Positions 10,941-24,744 of a stretch of 64,000 bases of DNA are shown here, piece after piece. The translations under genes were made by a program, and so were the position numbers. A model generated the notes under the pieces. The model was not told the DNA's origin, did not search any database, and saw only the letters and a program-made list of their open reading frames with translations. Each line of letters starts with the position of its first letter. Position 1 is the first letter of the stretch. Location: assembly GCF_030028105.1 (NCBI RefSeq), contig NC_092397.1:30223097-30287096 (forward strand), written 5' to 3'. This stretch comes from Mobula birostris (Eukaryota).

Positions 10941-11958
10941 AAGAACATAGAACAGTACAGCACAGTACGGGCCCTTCGGCCCACAATGTTGTGCTGACCT
11001 TCAAACCCTGCCTCCCATATAAGCTCCCACCTTAAATTCCTCCATATACCTGTCTAGTAGTCTCTTAAACCTCACTAGTGTATCTGCCTCCACCACTGAC
11101 TCAGGCAGTGCATTCCATGCACCAACCACTCTCTGAGTAAAAAACCTTCCTCTAATATCCCCCTTGAACTTCCAACCCCTTACCTTAAAGCCATGTCCTC
11201 TTACATTGAGCAGTGGTGCCCTGGGGAAGAGGCGCTGGCTATCCACTCAATCTATTCCTCTTATTATCTTGTACACCTCTATCATGTCTCCTCTCATCCT
11301 CCTTCTCTCCAAAGAGTAAAGCCCTAGCTCCCTTAATCTCTGATCATAATGCATACTCTGTAAACCAGGCAGCATCCTGGTAAATCTCCTCTGTACCCTT
11401 TCCAATGCTTCCACATCCTTCCTATAGTGAGGCAACCAGAACTGGACACAGTACTCCAAGTGTGGCCTAACCAGTGTTATATAGAGCTGCATCATTACAT
11501 CGTGATTCTTAAACTCTATCCCTGGACTTATGAAAGCTAACACCCCATATGCTTTCTTAACTACCCTATCCACCTGTGAGGCAACTTTCAGGGAATCTGT
11601 GGACATGTACCCCCAGATCCCTCTGCTCCTCCATGCTACCAAGCATCCTGGCATTTACTTTGTACTCTGCCTTGGAGTTTATCCTTCCAAAGTGTACCAC
11701 CTCAGACTTCTCAGGCTTGAACTCCATCTGCCATTTCTCAGCCCACTTCTGCATCCCATCAATGTCTCTCTGCAATCTTTGACAATCCTCTACACTATCT
11801 ACCACACCACCAACATTTGTGTCATCTGCAAACTTGCCAACCCACCCTTCTACCCCCACATCCAGGTCGTCAATAAAAATCAGGAAAAGTAGAGGTCCCA
11901 GAACAGATTCTTGTGGGACACCACGAGTCACGATCCTCCAATCTGAATGTACCCCCTC
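10941..11958 (-). mobile_element. 5'-truncated CR1 LINE nested in the I/Nimb element
   Basis: GVPQESVLGPLLF, FADDT, LVRPHLEYCVQFW and RVVGAWNALP motifs; CR1 3' tail AGAACATAGAA. Confidence 0.9.
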
Positions 11959-13247
11959 TACTGAAATAGAGAAGGTTGAGTTACTGGCTTGGTCATTTGC
12001 TGCAAGTCACAATCAAGATAATTTAAGTGAAGAGCCTAAATGATGTCAAGATGAGGTTTTAAGTGAATACACTGATGTGTTGAAAGCCAGCTGTAACAAT
12101 GATAGTGTTAGTTACGTAGAGTTTATTTGTGTGAATGTAAGAAAGCTATTAACAGTGCAAGTCAGATGGCTGTAGGATGGTATGTTTAAACATATAGCTT
12201 ACAACTCTTGAGATAATATTAACAATTTGGAATCATATTTGGAGTTTAGACCATATTTCCTCCTTATAGAAAATGGTAGTACCTGTTCCGAAACCTGGAA
12301 ATCCCCACAGGATCCTTCTAATTATAGACCAATATCATTAACATCCCATCTCATTTCGGTAAACTTACAGAACGTATGGTAATAGAGTTGTTGAATTATA
12401 TTTTGGAAAAGAGAGGTGATGGAGCATTTTATCAGTGTGGATTTTGAAAGTGTAGAATGACATTGGATTCAGTTTTATATTTGGAAGATGATATTGGGAA
12501 AGCACTTGTAAATAAAGAAGTTGTAATTGCAGTATTTTTGTATTGAAAAAACATATCGTATGTTATGAAAGGATTAAATTATAGAAATGTGGAGTGAGAA
12601 GAAGGCGACATTATTTTTTTCTGAGTTTTTTATTTGTATGCTCCAGGCAGTTAAGGATGCGTAAGGTATATTTGGGCTTCTATATGGTGGAGAATGGGAC
12701 CCCATAAGACAGTATTTGTAGCCCTTTATTGTTTAATATTATGATTAGTGATATTTTTTCTGAGATAGGTACTGGGGTGGGGAAATGACTTTTTGCAGAT
12801 GATGCAGATTTATGGATCAGAGGTAGAAAATTCAATTGAGTTGTATATAGAATGTGATTCGTGATTAATAAGGTCAAACTGTGGGAATACAGACAGGGTT
12901 TAAAGCTTTCAGTAGCTAAAATACATTTTGTGTTTTACAAAGATGATCAATAGACCTCTTTATTGATCCATATCATCCTCAAAAACAATTGATTTGAAAT
13001 TATATGGTCAAACTCTTGAATAAGTGTCAGTGGTAAGATTTTATGGCATGTGGCTTGATTACAAGCCAACAGGGAAGCACCATATCAGTAAAATAATTGA
13101 TAAATGTAAAGGAGCACCGAATATTCTTGGGTGTCTGTGTACGTATTGTTGGGGCACTACTGGCTCATCACTGTGACTCTGTAAATAATTGATAAGTGTA
13201 AAGGAGCACTGAATATCCCTGGGTGTCTGTGTGGGTATTCTTGGGGA

Positions 13248-13566
13248 GCTATCGGCCCATCACCGTGACTCTGACAGGGAACCAATGCTACCAGAAATCC
13301 ACCGAGCTGCTCATCCGCAAACTTCCCTTCCAGCATCTGGTGCAGAAGATCAGGCAGGACTTCAAAACCGATCTATGCTTCCAGAGCTCGACCATCAAAG
13401 GCCTGTAGGAGATTAATGAGGCTTACCCTGTCGGGCTCTTTGCACCATCCACACCGAGCGAGTCACCCTTGTGCCCAAAGACATTCAGTTGGCTCGCGGC
13501 ATCCGCCGGAAGCAAGACTCAGCCTGGCCTCGGCAGCAAACACAACAAAATGCTCTTTTAAAAGCC
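13248..13566 (+). pseudogene. H3: Histone H3 pseudogene (5' part lost)
   Basis: [40 protein letters not shown], premature TAG at 13406, EDTNL deleted, RVTLVPKDIQLARGIR; degenerate stem-loop TGCTCTTTTAAAAGCC 13551-13566. Confidence 0.92.
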
Positions 13567-15169
13567 ACTAACCTGGAAGAGGAAAGGGCTGCCGCATTCT
13601 CTTCATGACACTGTTGTGGTGTTCACACACATTATCCCTCTGATCTCCCCCATGGGAGTTTTGGAGTTGTTTGATGGGAAATCCCAATTCTCACACCAAC
13701 TGATCTACTTGTTTTGGTCTCAGCTCATTTCATCAACACATCAATGTCACACTTTAGCCAAAGATGACCATCCACACCAGCAATAACTCCATCATCTCAC
13801 AGTCAGTGTGAACTTACTGCTCACGGTTCCTACATCCACGCCCAAATCACTCAGTTGTATCACAAATAGCAAGGGTCACAGAACAGATCCATGTGGAACA
13901 ACACTTGTCACCAGCATCTGATCACAAAACTACTCTCTGCCATCACTCTGTCTCCTATTACAAAGCCAATTCTTGATCCAATTTGCCAAATGGCCTGACT
14001 GAGGCCCATATGAACCGTATCAATAAACTTCATCAGTGCCGGCAGCCCTGGGTGAGGATGGTCAGGACCCAAGTGCTGGAGTATCAGAGACTAAAATCCA
14101 GACACGATAGGAGACGGAAACAACGACAGGGTTCAAAACCTGTCTGTGTCTGGAGGGAAGAGCACTTTGAGTAACTCCTTTGCTCCGAATAGGAGAAAAA
14201 TAAGTAAATAGAAGAGAAGTAAAACATTACAATAAAAACTGCAGATTCTGTAGTCTGAAGCAAAAGCAGAAAACAGGAAACTCCAGACCTGAGTGTTCTC
14301 CACTTGTACCAGGAAAACATTTGGAGCTGTAGCAAAGCAGGAAATTTTTGCCAACTTACAAAACCATCAGGCAAAGTCAGCAGAGTCTGGTGAAAGTGAC
14401 TCCGTGTTTAACAAACACATTTGAGTGGTTGAAGCTGTAACACCAACTGTGGATAAAGGGACCCAGTGACGCACTGAACCGAGATGTCCAGGACACGTTT
14501 GATATGCCGCTCCATCACAGGGGATTGGGGAAAATGAGAGCTGACCGTGATTTCTGAACTTGCTGATCACAAACACTGATGGAATCTGAGTTGTGAAGAG
14601 CGGTGAGGAGTCTACAAAGGGGTAGATACAGGTGACGTGATTGGACACAGGTCTGACAGCTGGGATATTGTGGGGGAGGGAGAGTGTGAACTTGTACATG
14701 ACCCTCTGGCTAAAGAAATGTCTTCTTATCTCTTTCCTGAAGAGACATCCTTCTATTCTGAGTGTGTGCCATCTGGTGCTGGACTAACCCACTACAGGAA
14801 ACATCCACTCCACGTTCACTCAAGTGGTTATAATGTCATTCTCTCCTCATTCTTATGAACTCCAGCAAGTACAGGCCCAGAGCCATCAAATGCTCCTAAT
14901 ATGTTAACCTTTTCATTCCCGGGGTCATTCTCGTCAACCTGCTCTGCACCCTCTCTGATGCAAACACATCATTCCTTGGATAAAGGGCCCAGCGTTGCTC
15001 ACAATACTCCTTGCGAACTGACAAATGTCAGTATGGACAAGTGGGCCCCCTGTTTTCACATTTCTGTAAGAAAAGTAACTAATTTTCATTCTTATATTTT
15101 GCTGATTTTAATGTAATCTTCTTCCTCAGTTGTAATTTCTATTTCCCTTCATGGTGAAAACTTTGCATT

Positions 15170-16400
15170 CAAAGTCAACAACATCTCCTCCACAATCACC
15201 ATCAGCACTGGTGCACCACAAGGTTGTGCTTGGCCCATGACTCTACTCACTTTATACCTGTGATTGTGTGGCTAAGTACAACCCCAGTGACATATTTAAG
15301 TTTGCAGATGACACCACTGTTGTTGGATGAATCAAAGGTGGTGACACATTTGCCCTCAGGAGGGAGATGTGTGATCTGATTGAATGGTGCCACAACAACA
15401 ACCTCTCACCCAATATCAGTAAAACCAAAGAGCTGATCACCGACTACAGGGGCAGGAAACCGGAGATCCATGAGCCAGTCATCATTAGGGGACTGGAGGT
15501 GGAGAGAGTCAGTAGCATTAAATTTCTGAGCATTATCATTTCAGAGGGTCTGTCCTGGGACTAGCAGTAAGTGTCACTATAAAGCAGGCAGGGCAGAGAC
15601 TCTGCCTGCGTATAATCAGCGTGACATCTCAAACTTTGACATATATAGATGCAGAGTGGAGAGTAACCTGACTGGTTTCATTATGGCCTGATATGGAAAC
15701 ACAATGATCAGGAATGGAAAGGAAAATGTCTACATGAAATTTGTGGAGATGTCAGGTGTAATTTTTTTTACACAGAGCATGGTGAGTGCGTGGAATAAGC
15801 TACCGGCAAAGGTAGTGGAGGCGGATACAATAGAGTATTTTCAGAGACTCCTAGATAGGTACATGGAGCTTAGAAAAACAAAGGGCTCTGGGTAATGCCA
15901 AGTAATTTCTAAAATAAGTGGGCCGAAGGGCCTGTATTGTGCTGTAGGTTTTCCATGTTTCTAACTGGTGGATGCATCCCAGTACATCACAGGCAAAGCC
16001 CTCCCCATCATTCAGTACATTTACAAGCAGCACTTCTACAAGAAAGCTGCATCCATCATCAACAACATCCTTCATCCACCTCATGCTCACTTCCACTGCT
16101 GCCATCGGGAAGGACGTACAGGAGCCTTAGGTCCCACACCACCAGGTTCAGGAAGAGTTATTACCCTACACCAGTCATGCTCTTGAAATGGTGTAGGTAT
16201 CTTCACTGAACTGATTGCATATCCTGCACACTCACTTTCAAGTACTCCACAATTGAATTGCACAGTAATACTTATGTTTTAGTATTTGCATGATCTGTCT
16301 TTTGCACATTGGTTATCTGTCAATCTTTGCTGTTTATAGTTTTTCTAAATTCCACTGTCTTCATTTCCCTGTAAATGCCTGAAAGAAAATGAATCTGAAA
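15170..16400 (+). mobile_element. Degenerate Rex1/Babar LINE interrupted by a CR1 3' tail (~15720-15962)
   Basis: STGAPQG, FADDTTV, NISKTKELI and LLPSGRTYRSL motifs; CR1 piece SAWNKLPAKVVEADT. Confidence 0.75.
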
Positions 16401-18360
16401 GTAGTAACCTGTTGCACCAGATGTCCCAACACAGGAGACCACTGCTACACTACGATAAGGAATGTCTATTGTTTGCTCCCGAGACCACATTTTGTCAAGT
16501 TGGATCATTTGACTGCACTCGTTCTACCTGCACACAGACAGAGCCTAAGGAACAAGTCTCCAGAGATCAAGGGGTGGTGTTGAGAGGCAGAGGAACGGTT
16601 ACAGGATTGCCTTGAGTCAGCAGGCTGAGCCATGTTCAAGAACTCATCGAAGGACCTGAAGGACGACACCGGGGTCACTACAGACTTTACTAAAACAGCT
16701 GTGGAGTCGTGTGTCCCCACAAAATCATTCAGGGTTTTCCCAACTCAGTAGGCCTGGATGAGCAATGAGATCCGGAACCTGCTGAGTGCCAGGTCAGAGG
16801 CATTGAAGTCTGGAGATCAGGAATGCTACAAGAGGTGCAGGTATGATCTCCAGAAACCATCTCTTTGGCAAAGTGGAGATTCCGGACTAGACTGGAATAA
16901 AAGAGAGATGCTTGACAGCGGCAGCAGAGTTTGAATGCCAGAATGTCCTGCAAAGGTAAATAGTGACAAAGGGGACAGATGAGCTCAATGCCTTCTGTAC
17001 TCACTTTGTCCACCAGAAGAGGGAGGAACCATCGCGCACCCCCGCGTCTCCCGATTATCATTTGGTCTCAGTATCTGAAGATGACGTGCAGGCTGCCTTC
17101 AAGAGAGTGAATCCAAGGAAAGCATCCGGTCTGGATGGAGTACCTGGCCGAGTACTGAAGACCTGTGCTGACCAGCTGGCTGGTGTATTCACGGATACCT
17201 TCAACCTCTCGATCTGGCAGTGTGTGGAACCCATCTACTTCAAGGAAGTTTCAATCATATCGGTGGCCAACAGGAGCGTGGTAACCTGTTTAAATGACTA
17301 TTGCCCAGTGGCACTTACATCCACAGTGATGAAGTGTTTTGAGAGGCTGGTGTTGAAGCATATCAGCTCTTGTCTGAATGGTGACTTGGATCCTCTCCAA
17401 TTCACCTACTGAAGCAACAGCAGATGCTGTCTCGTTGTCTCTTCACACAACTCTGGAACATCTGGACAGCAAAGATGCAAACATCTGGATGCCCTTTATT
17501 GATTACTGCTCAGCATTTAACACCATCATCCCCTCAAAACTGATCAGTAAACTCCCAGACCTGGGCCTCAATACCCCCTTGTGCAATTGGATCCTGGATT
17601 TCCTCAGGTGCAGATCCAAGTCAGTTCATATTAGCAAAAACAGCTTCTCCACAATCTCTATCAGCACAGGAGCACCACAAGGAAGTGTGCTTAGCCCCCA
17701 GCTCTACTCACTTTACACCTATGACTGTGTGGCTGAGTACAGCTGCAACTCCATATACAAGTTTGCTGATTACACCACAATCAAAGGTGGTGATGAATCA
17801 GCAAACAGGAGAGAGATTGAAAACTTTGCTGAGTGGTGTAATAACAACGACCCCTCACTCAATGTCAGTAAGACTAAGGGACGCTTTAGTACACTTTAGG
17901 AGGGAAAAACCAAAGGTCCATGAGCTAGTAATCAAAGGATGATCAGAGGTGGAGAGAGTCAGTAACTTTAAATTCCTGTGTGTCACTCACTCAGAGGACC
18001 TGTCCTCGACCCATCGCATAAATATAATTGTGAAGAAAGCACAACAGCGCTCTACTTCCTCAGGACTCTGCCTACGTTCAGCATGTCATTGAAAACCTTG
18101 GCAAACTTATATAAATGTGTGGTGGAAGATGTGCTGACTGGCTGCATTTCGGCCTGATACAGGAACACCAATGCCTTTGAGTGGGAAATCCTGCAAAGGG
18201 TAGTGGATTCGGCCCGGTATATCACAGGTAAGACCCTCACAACCACTGAGCACATCTACATGAAACATTGCCGTAGGAAAGCAGTGTCCATCAGCAAAGA
18301 TCCTCACCACCCAGGCAACGATATTTTCTCACTGTTACCATCAGGTAGAAGGTACAGGTA
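16400..18360 (+). mobile_element. Degenerate Rex1/Babar LINE (EN end, RT, C-terminus)
   Basis: ORFs 16963-17412 (NPRKASGLDGVPGRVLKTCADQL..PVALTSTVMKCFERLV), 17378-17899 (FIDYCSAFNTI..STGAPQGSVLSP..KFADY) and 18203-18502. Confidence 0.88.
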
Positions 18361-18484
18361 TCTAAATTACAATATGAATATTACTGTGTATAACACACTC
18401 AATTCCAGGGAATGGGGGAGTGGGTCACTGTCCCTGGAAATCTCCCACTCTCCCCATTCTGTTTACAATGGTCGCAAGTTTTTC

Positions 18485-18731
18485 AGCCGCTCTGCTGATT
18501 GACAGCTCCGTCTGCCCCGCCTCCCCGGCTGCCGGGTCACTGTCACGTGACACGATGTGATTGTTGCCCCGTGACGCGCTGACGTCACAAATCTCCACCT
18601 TCACCGATGTCGTTTCCTCGGAAACGGTCCAGTGCGGGAAGTCCGAGATGGTGGAGCCGGTCTCTACTTGTTGGGGTTTCGGCTCCGCTGTGGGATCCGC
18701 CTCTCCTCTTCCTGCCCGCGGAACAGTGAGT
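18485..18731 (+). promoter_or_regulatory. CpG-rich promoter with putative first exon and splice donor
   Basis: TGATTGACAG 18496, GC box ~18514, palindromic TGTCACGTGACA 18541, TGACGTCA 18580, donor GTGAGT 18726. Confidence 0.55.
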
Positions 18732-19986
18732 GTCTGTCAGCGCCTCACTGCACCGGCTCTCTGCCTCAGGTACAATATTTAAAACATATTTGCACAGTCA
18801 CATGGATGGGAAAGGTTGAGAGGGATACGGGCCTAATGCAGGCAGATGGGCCGAGTTCAGGTCGACAACTTGGTCGGCGGGGATGAGTTGTACCGAAGGG
18901 ACTGTTTCATTTCTGTATAAACCAGTGACTCTATTTTGGGAGTTAATTCCGGATGCCAGCTATTCTCTGTGTGAAATATTTACCCCTCAGATCCCCTTTA
19001 AATCTGTCTTTAAACAGTTTTGTCCTACTCTCATGGGAGGCAGTTCTTTGATTGTCAAGGCAAGTAGAACACACAACCCTGTCTACCTGTGATGCCACAT
19101 ACAGGGAACTGTGTAACAATATTAGAGGCACATGCACAGGAGCTTCAGTGAGCAAGGCCCAGAGGGATATGAAACTAATGTAGGAAAGTGGGATTAGTAC
19201 AGCTGTGCATGATGGGCCAGAGGGTCTGTTTCTATCCTGTACAACCCTGACCACAGCAGTCCTCCACTGCAGTGGGGTTTGTCACCTTTATTCTCAGCTG
19301 TGAGCTTGTTCCACTGAGCCCCTTATCCTCTGAGAAGACATTTGCAACCTCCCACTGTGACCAAGCTGCCAGCCATCTCTCCTAATATCACCCAGAGAAC
19401 CTCACCAAATTCCCATAGAAAACTATTGTTACTGGTGCATAGGGAATGGCAGCATTTTGGTAGCCTTTTGAGGGGTTGGTTCAGTATTTGACCATTAATA
19501 CCTTTGTACAACAACAATCCCATCATACTGGGTACTGAATGTTTTAGGTATGACCATCCTGAAGTTCTGTGTTTCAGGTTCCCATTGCACTTTCACAGTC
19601 AGTGGTTTCTGCATGTCCATACTGACCATTGAGAATCTGTCCCCACTAACTCAGCACTTGGTCTGTCTCCTATCCTGCCTTGGTGATTCAAATGCTCATC
19701 CAGATGGTCCTTAAATACCAGCCTGCACCACCCCTTCAGACTGTGTTCCAGATTGTAACGTCCCTCTGGGGACAAAGGAAACATAGAAAACCTACAGCAC
19801 AATGCAGGCCCTTTGGCCCACAAAGTTGTGCCAAACATGTAGCTACCTTTGAAATTACTAGGGTTACCCAGAGCCCTCTATCTTCCTAAGCTCCGTGTAT
19901 CTATCCAAACGTCTCTTAAAAGACCCTATCGTATCAGCCTCCACCACCATTGCTGGCAGCCCATTCCAAGCACTCCCCACTCTCTG

Positions 19987-20054
19987 CGTAAGTAAGTAAG
20001 TAAGTATGTAAGTACGTAAGTAAGTACGTACGTACATACATACATACATACATA
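19987..20054 (+). repeat. Compound (TAAG)n/(TACG)/(TACA)n microsatellite inside CR1
   Basis: GTAAGTAAG...TACGTACG...TACATACATAC. Confidence 0.9.
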
Positions 20055-22963
20055 CCCTGACATCTCCTCTGTACCTACTCTCAAGCACCTTAAACCTGTG
20101 CCCTCTTGTGGCAGCCAATTCAACCCTGGGAAAAAGCCTCTGACTATCCACACAGTCAATGCCTCTCATCATCTTATACACCTCTACCAGGTCACCTCTC
20201 ATCCTCTGTCGCTCCAAGGAGAAAAGGCCGAGTTCATTCAACTTATTCTCATAAGGCATGCTCCCCAATCCAGGTAACATCCTTGTAATTCTCCTCTGCA
20301 CCTTTCTGTGGTTTCCACATCCTTCCTGTAGTGAGGCGACCAGAACTGAGCACAGTGCTCCAAGTGGGTCTGACCAAGGTCCTATCGAGCTGCCACATGA
20401 CCTCTCGGCTCCTCAGTTCAATTCCACGATTGATGAAGGCCAATGAAGCGTATGCCTTCTTTACCACAGAGTCAACCTGCGCAGCTGCTTTGAACGTCCA
20501 ATGGACTCTGACCCCAAGATCCCTCAGGTCCTCTACACTGCCTTGGTCTTACCATTAATACTATATGCTGTCATCATATTTGACCTACCAAAATGAACCA
20601 CTTCACACTTATCTGGGTTGAACTCCACCTGCCACTTCTCAGCCCAGTTTTGCATCCTATCAGTGTCCCGCTGTAACCTCTGACAGCCCTCCACACTATC
20701 CACAGCACCCCCAACCTTTGTGTCATCAGCAAACTTACTAACCCATCCCTCCACTTCCTCATCCAGGTCATTTATAAAAATCACGAAAAGTAAGGGTCCC
20801 AGAACAGATCCCTGAGGCACACCACTGGTCACCGACCTCCATGCAGAATATGACCCATCTACAACCACTCTTTGCCTTCTGTGGGCAAGCCAGTTCTGGA
20901 TCCGCAAAACATTGTCCCCTTGGATCCCATGCCTCCTTACTTTCTCAATAAGCCTTGCATGGGGTACCTTATCAAATACCTCGCTGAAATCCATATGCAC
21001 TACATCTACTGCTCTCCCTTCATCAATGTGTTCAGTCACATCCTCAAAAAGTTCAATCAGGCTCGTAAGGCACGACCTGCCCTTGACAAAGCCATGCTGA
21101 CTATCCCTAATCATATTATACCTCTCCAAATGTTCATAAATCCTGCCTCTCACGATCTTCTCCATCAGCTTACCAACCACTGAAGTAAGACTCACTGGTC
21201 AATAATTTCCTGGGCTATCCCTACTCCCTTTCTTGAATGAGAGAACAACATCCGCAATCCTCCGGAACCTTTCCTGTCCCCATTGATGATGCAAAGATCA
21301 TCGCCAGAGGCTCAGCAATCTCCTCCCTCGCCTCCCGCAGTATCCTGGGGTACATATCATCTGGTCCCGGCCTCTTATCCAACCTGATGCTTTCCAAAAG
21401 CTCCAGCACATCCACTTTCTTAATATCTACATGCTCAAGCTTTTCAGTCTGCTGCAAGTCATCACTAAAATCATCAAGATCCTTTTCTGTAGTGAATATT
21501 GAAGTAATGTATTCACTAAGTACCTCTGCTATTTCCGCCGGTTCCATACACACTTTCCCACTGTCACACTTGATAGGTCCTATTCTTTCACATCTTATCC
21601 TCTTGCTCTTTTCACATACTTGTAGAATGCCTTGGGGTTTTCCTTAATCCTGCCCGCCAAGCCCTTCTTATGGCCCCTTCTGGCTCTCCTAATTTCCTTC
21701 TTAAGCTCCTTCCTGTTAGCCTGACAATCTTCTAGATCTCTAACAGTACCTAGCTCTCTTAACCTTATGTAAGCTTTTCTTTTCTTCTTGACTAGATTTA
21801 CTAAAGCCTTTGTACACCACGGTTCCTGTACCCGACCATAACTTCCCTGTCTCATTGAAACGTACCTATGCAGAACTTCACACGAATATCCCCTGAACAT
21901 TTGCCACATTTCTTCCATACCTTTCCTTGAGAACATCTGTTCCCAATTTAAGCTTCCAAGTTTCTGCCTGATAGCCTCATAATTCCCCTTACTCCAATTA
22001 AACACTTTTCTAACTTGTCTGTTCCTACCTCTCCTAATGCTATTGTAAAAGAAATAGAATTATGATCACTATCTCCAAAATGCTCTCCCACTGAGAGATC
22101 TGACACCTGACCAGGTTCATTTCCCAATACCAAATCAAGTACAGTCTCTCCTCTTGTAGGCTTATCTACACATTGTGTCAAGAAACCTTCCTGAACACAG
22201 CTAACAAACTCCACCCTATCTAAACCCCTTACTCTGGGGAGGTGCCAATCAATATTTGGGAAATTAAAATCTCCCATCGTGACAACTCTGTTGTTATTAC
22301 TCGTTTCCAGGATCTGTTTGCCTATCTGCTCCTCGATATCCCTGTTACTATTGGGTGGCCGATGAAAACCACCCAGTAGAGTAATTGACCCCTTCCTGTT
22401 CCTAACCTCCACCCACAGAAACTCTATAGACAATCCTCCCATGACGTCCTCCTTTTCTGCAGCCACGACACTATCTCTGATCAACAGTGCCACGCCCCAC
22501 CTCTTTTGCCTTCCTGTCTGTCCTTCCTGAAACATGTAAAACCCGGCACTTGAAGTAACCATTCCTGTCCCTGAGCCATCCAAGTCTCTGTAATGGCCAC
22601 CACATCATAGCTCCAAGTAGTGATACATGCTCTAAGCTCATCCGCTTTGTTCACAATACTCCCTGCATTAAAATAGACACATATCAAACCGTTGGTCTGA
22701 GCACGTACCTTCTCTATCACTTGCCTGTCCTCCCTCACACGCTGTCTCCAAGCTTTCTCTATTTGTGAGCCAACCGTCTCTTCAATTCGGTCCCCACCCC
22801 CCCAACAGTTCTAGTTTAAACTCTACCTGTGGGATTCAAGTGCAACTCGTCCTTTTTGTACAGGTCACACCTGCCCTAAAAGAGGTCCCAATGATCCAGA
22901 AATCTGAATCCCTGCCCTCTGCTTCAATCCCTCAGCCATGCATTTATCCTCCAGCTCATTCTA

Positions 22964-23048
22964 AGGGTCTCGGCCTGAAACGTCGACTGTACCTCTTCCT
23001 AGAGATGCTGCCTGGCCTGCTGCGTTCACCAGCAACTTTGATGTGTGT
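22964..23048 (+). mobile_element. Penelope pLTR fragment inserted in CR1 ORF1, TSD AGCTCATTCTA
   Basis: TSD at 22953-22963 and 23049-23059; begins inside the hammerhead (AGGGTCTCGGCCTGAAACGTCGACTG). Confidence 0.85.
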
Positions 23049-24744
23049 AGCTCATTCTATTCCTATACTCACTGTCACGTGGCACAGGCAGTAATCCTGA
23101 GATTACTACCTTTGCTCTCCTGCTTCTCCACTTCCTTCCTAACTCCCTGTAGACTGTTTTGAGGACCTCCTCCCTGTTCCTACCTATGTCAGTGGTACCA
23201 ATATGTACCACGACCTCTGGCTGTTCTCCATTCCACTGCAGGATGTTTTGGACACGATCTGAAACTTACCAGACCCTGGCATCTGGGAGGCAAACTACCA
23301 TCGGTCTTTCTTTCCTGCGTCCACAGAATCGCCTAACTGAAGAGTCCCCTATCACTGCTGCCTTTCTCTTACTTTCCCTACCCTTCTGAGCAACAGGGCC
23401 GGACTCCCACTGTTGCTTCCCCCAGAAAGGCTATCTCTCCCCTCCCCCCCCCCCCCCCCCCCGAACAGTACTCAAACAGGAGTACTTATTGTTTAGGGGG
23501 ACAGCCACAGGGGTACTCTCTGGTACCTGACTCATCCCCTTCCCTCTCCTGACTGTTAACCACTTGTCTGTCTCCTGTGGTCCCGGTGTGACCACCTGCC
23601 TATAACTCCCTTCTATCACCTCCTCGCTCTCCCTGACCAGACAAAGGTCAACGAGCTGCAGCACCCGTTCCCTAACGCAGTCCCTTAGGTGTCGCAGCTC
23701 AACACACCAGGTGCGGATATTGCCATCCAGGAGGCTGGGAGACTCCAGAACTTTCAACATCTGACACCGAGCACAGAACACCGGTCTCACATACATACTT
23801 CCTTTCCACAATTAACGCAGGTAAACCTACCTTGTCTCGTTACCACCTAAGCCCGTTGAGCCAAAGCCCTCTCACTCTGCTGCCCACTGGATATGGCGGT
23901 CTTCTTTTTAACCTTTTCCTGCTCTACTGGCTGATGTCACGTGCCTGTGCAATCTTGCCTCTCTTTACTCCAAGTAGTAAAATACCTTCGCTCGAGAAAT
24001 CCTGAGCCGTGCCATTCGCAGCCTTCTTGCTTTTCCTCATCCTCTTTAAACCACACATTTCTCTCATTAAATTTTTGTTGCACACACCTCATAATTGTCT
24101 GCATTAAATTCCATCTGCCTTTTTAACAGCTGGACAACATCCCATGTCAGTATTTGCTAACCTTTCTTGCTGTCCACTGCACCCCTAATCTTGGTGTTAT
24201 CTGCAAACTTGCTGATCCAGTTTACCACATTCTCATCCAGATCGTTAATACAGATGCAAAACAACCATGGACCCAGCACCGGGAAGTTCAACCAGGGCAG
24301 GATGTACACAGTGAATGGGAAGTGTTCATGAACAGAGACTTCGTGCGTTTCTGCCTCCACCACCTCCTCTGGCAGGTCATTCGGGAGACCATCACCGATC
24401 CTTATCCCTCTCAAACCCCCCTCCCATCCCACTCACAATCTAGAACATCCGCATTAAATATACCCAATGAATTGGCCACAGCCGTCTGTGGGGATGAATT
24501 CAGAGTCAGAACCAGAATCAGGTTTATTACCACTGGCGTTTGTCATGAAATTTGTTAATGTATCAGCAGCAGTTCAATGCTGTACATGATAATATAGAAA
24601 GAATAAATAAATTACAGTATGTGTGTGTATGGATATGTTTATTTTGTAGATTGAAAACAGTGCAAAAACAGAAATAACATATATAGAATACATCTAGAGC
24701 AGTTTTGTCTGTTTTAAATTGAGAAATCAAATGTCTTCAAACTC

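Larger units (their letters stand above)
7540..13250 (+). mobile_element. Decayed I/Nimb-group LINE (ORF1 with gag knuckles, APE endonuclease, RT) with nested insertions
   Basis: ORF1 remnants (NPIKLT; CQRFGH and CNCRGEHSA knuckles at 8540-8690); ORF2 start LRILQWN ~9870; RT motifs YRPISLTSH, GTP.DS.CSPLLFNIMI, FADD, and CLCGYSWGA at the end. Confidence 0.75.
19778..24030 (-). mobile_element. Near full-length, frameshifted CR1 LINE (ORF1 esterase, ORF2 EN-RT)
   Basis: ORF1 pieces 23431-23811 and 23026-23211 (VHIGTTDIG); EN 21948-22738; RT 20533-21195 (SQHGF, GVPQGSVLGP, FADDTK); tail GAAACATAGAA. Confidence 0.92.

Noticed and set aside
14367-14699. 110-aa minus ORF with a possible splice acceptor
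   Set aside because: No recognisable domain or partner exons
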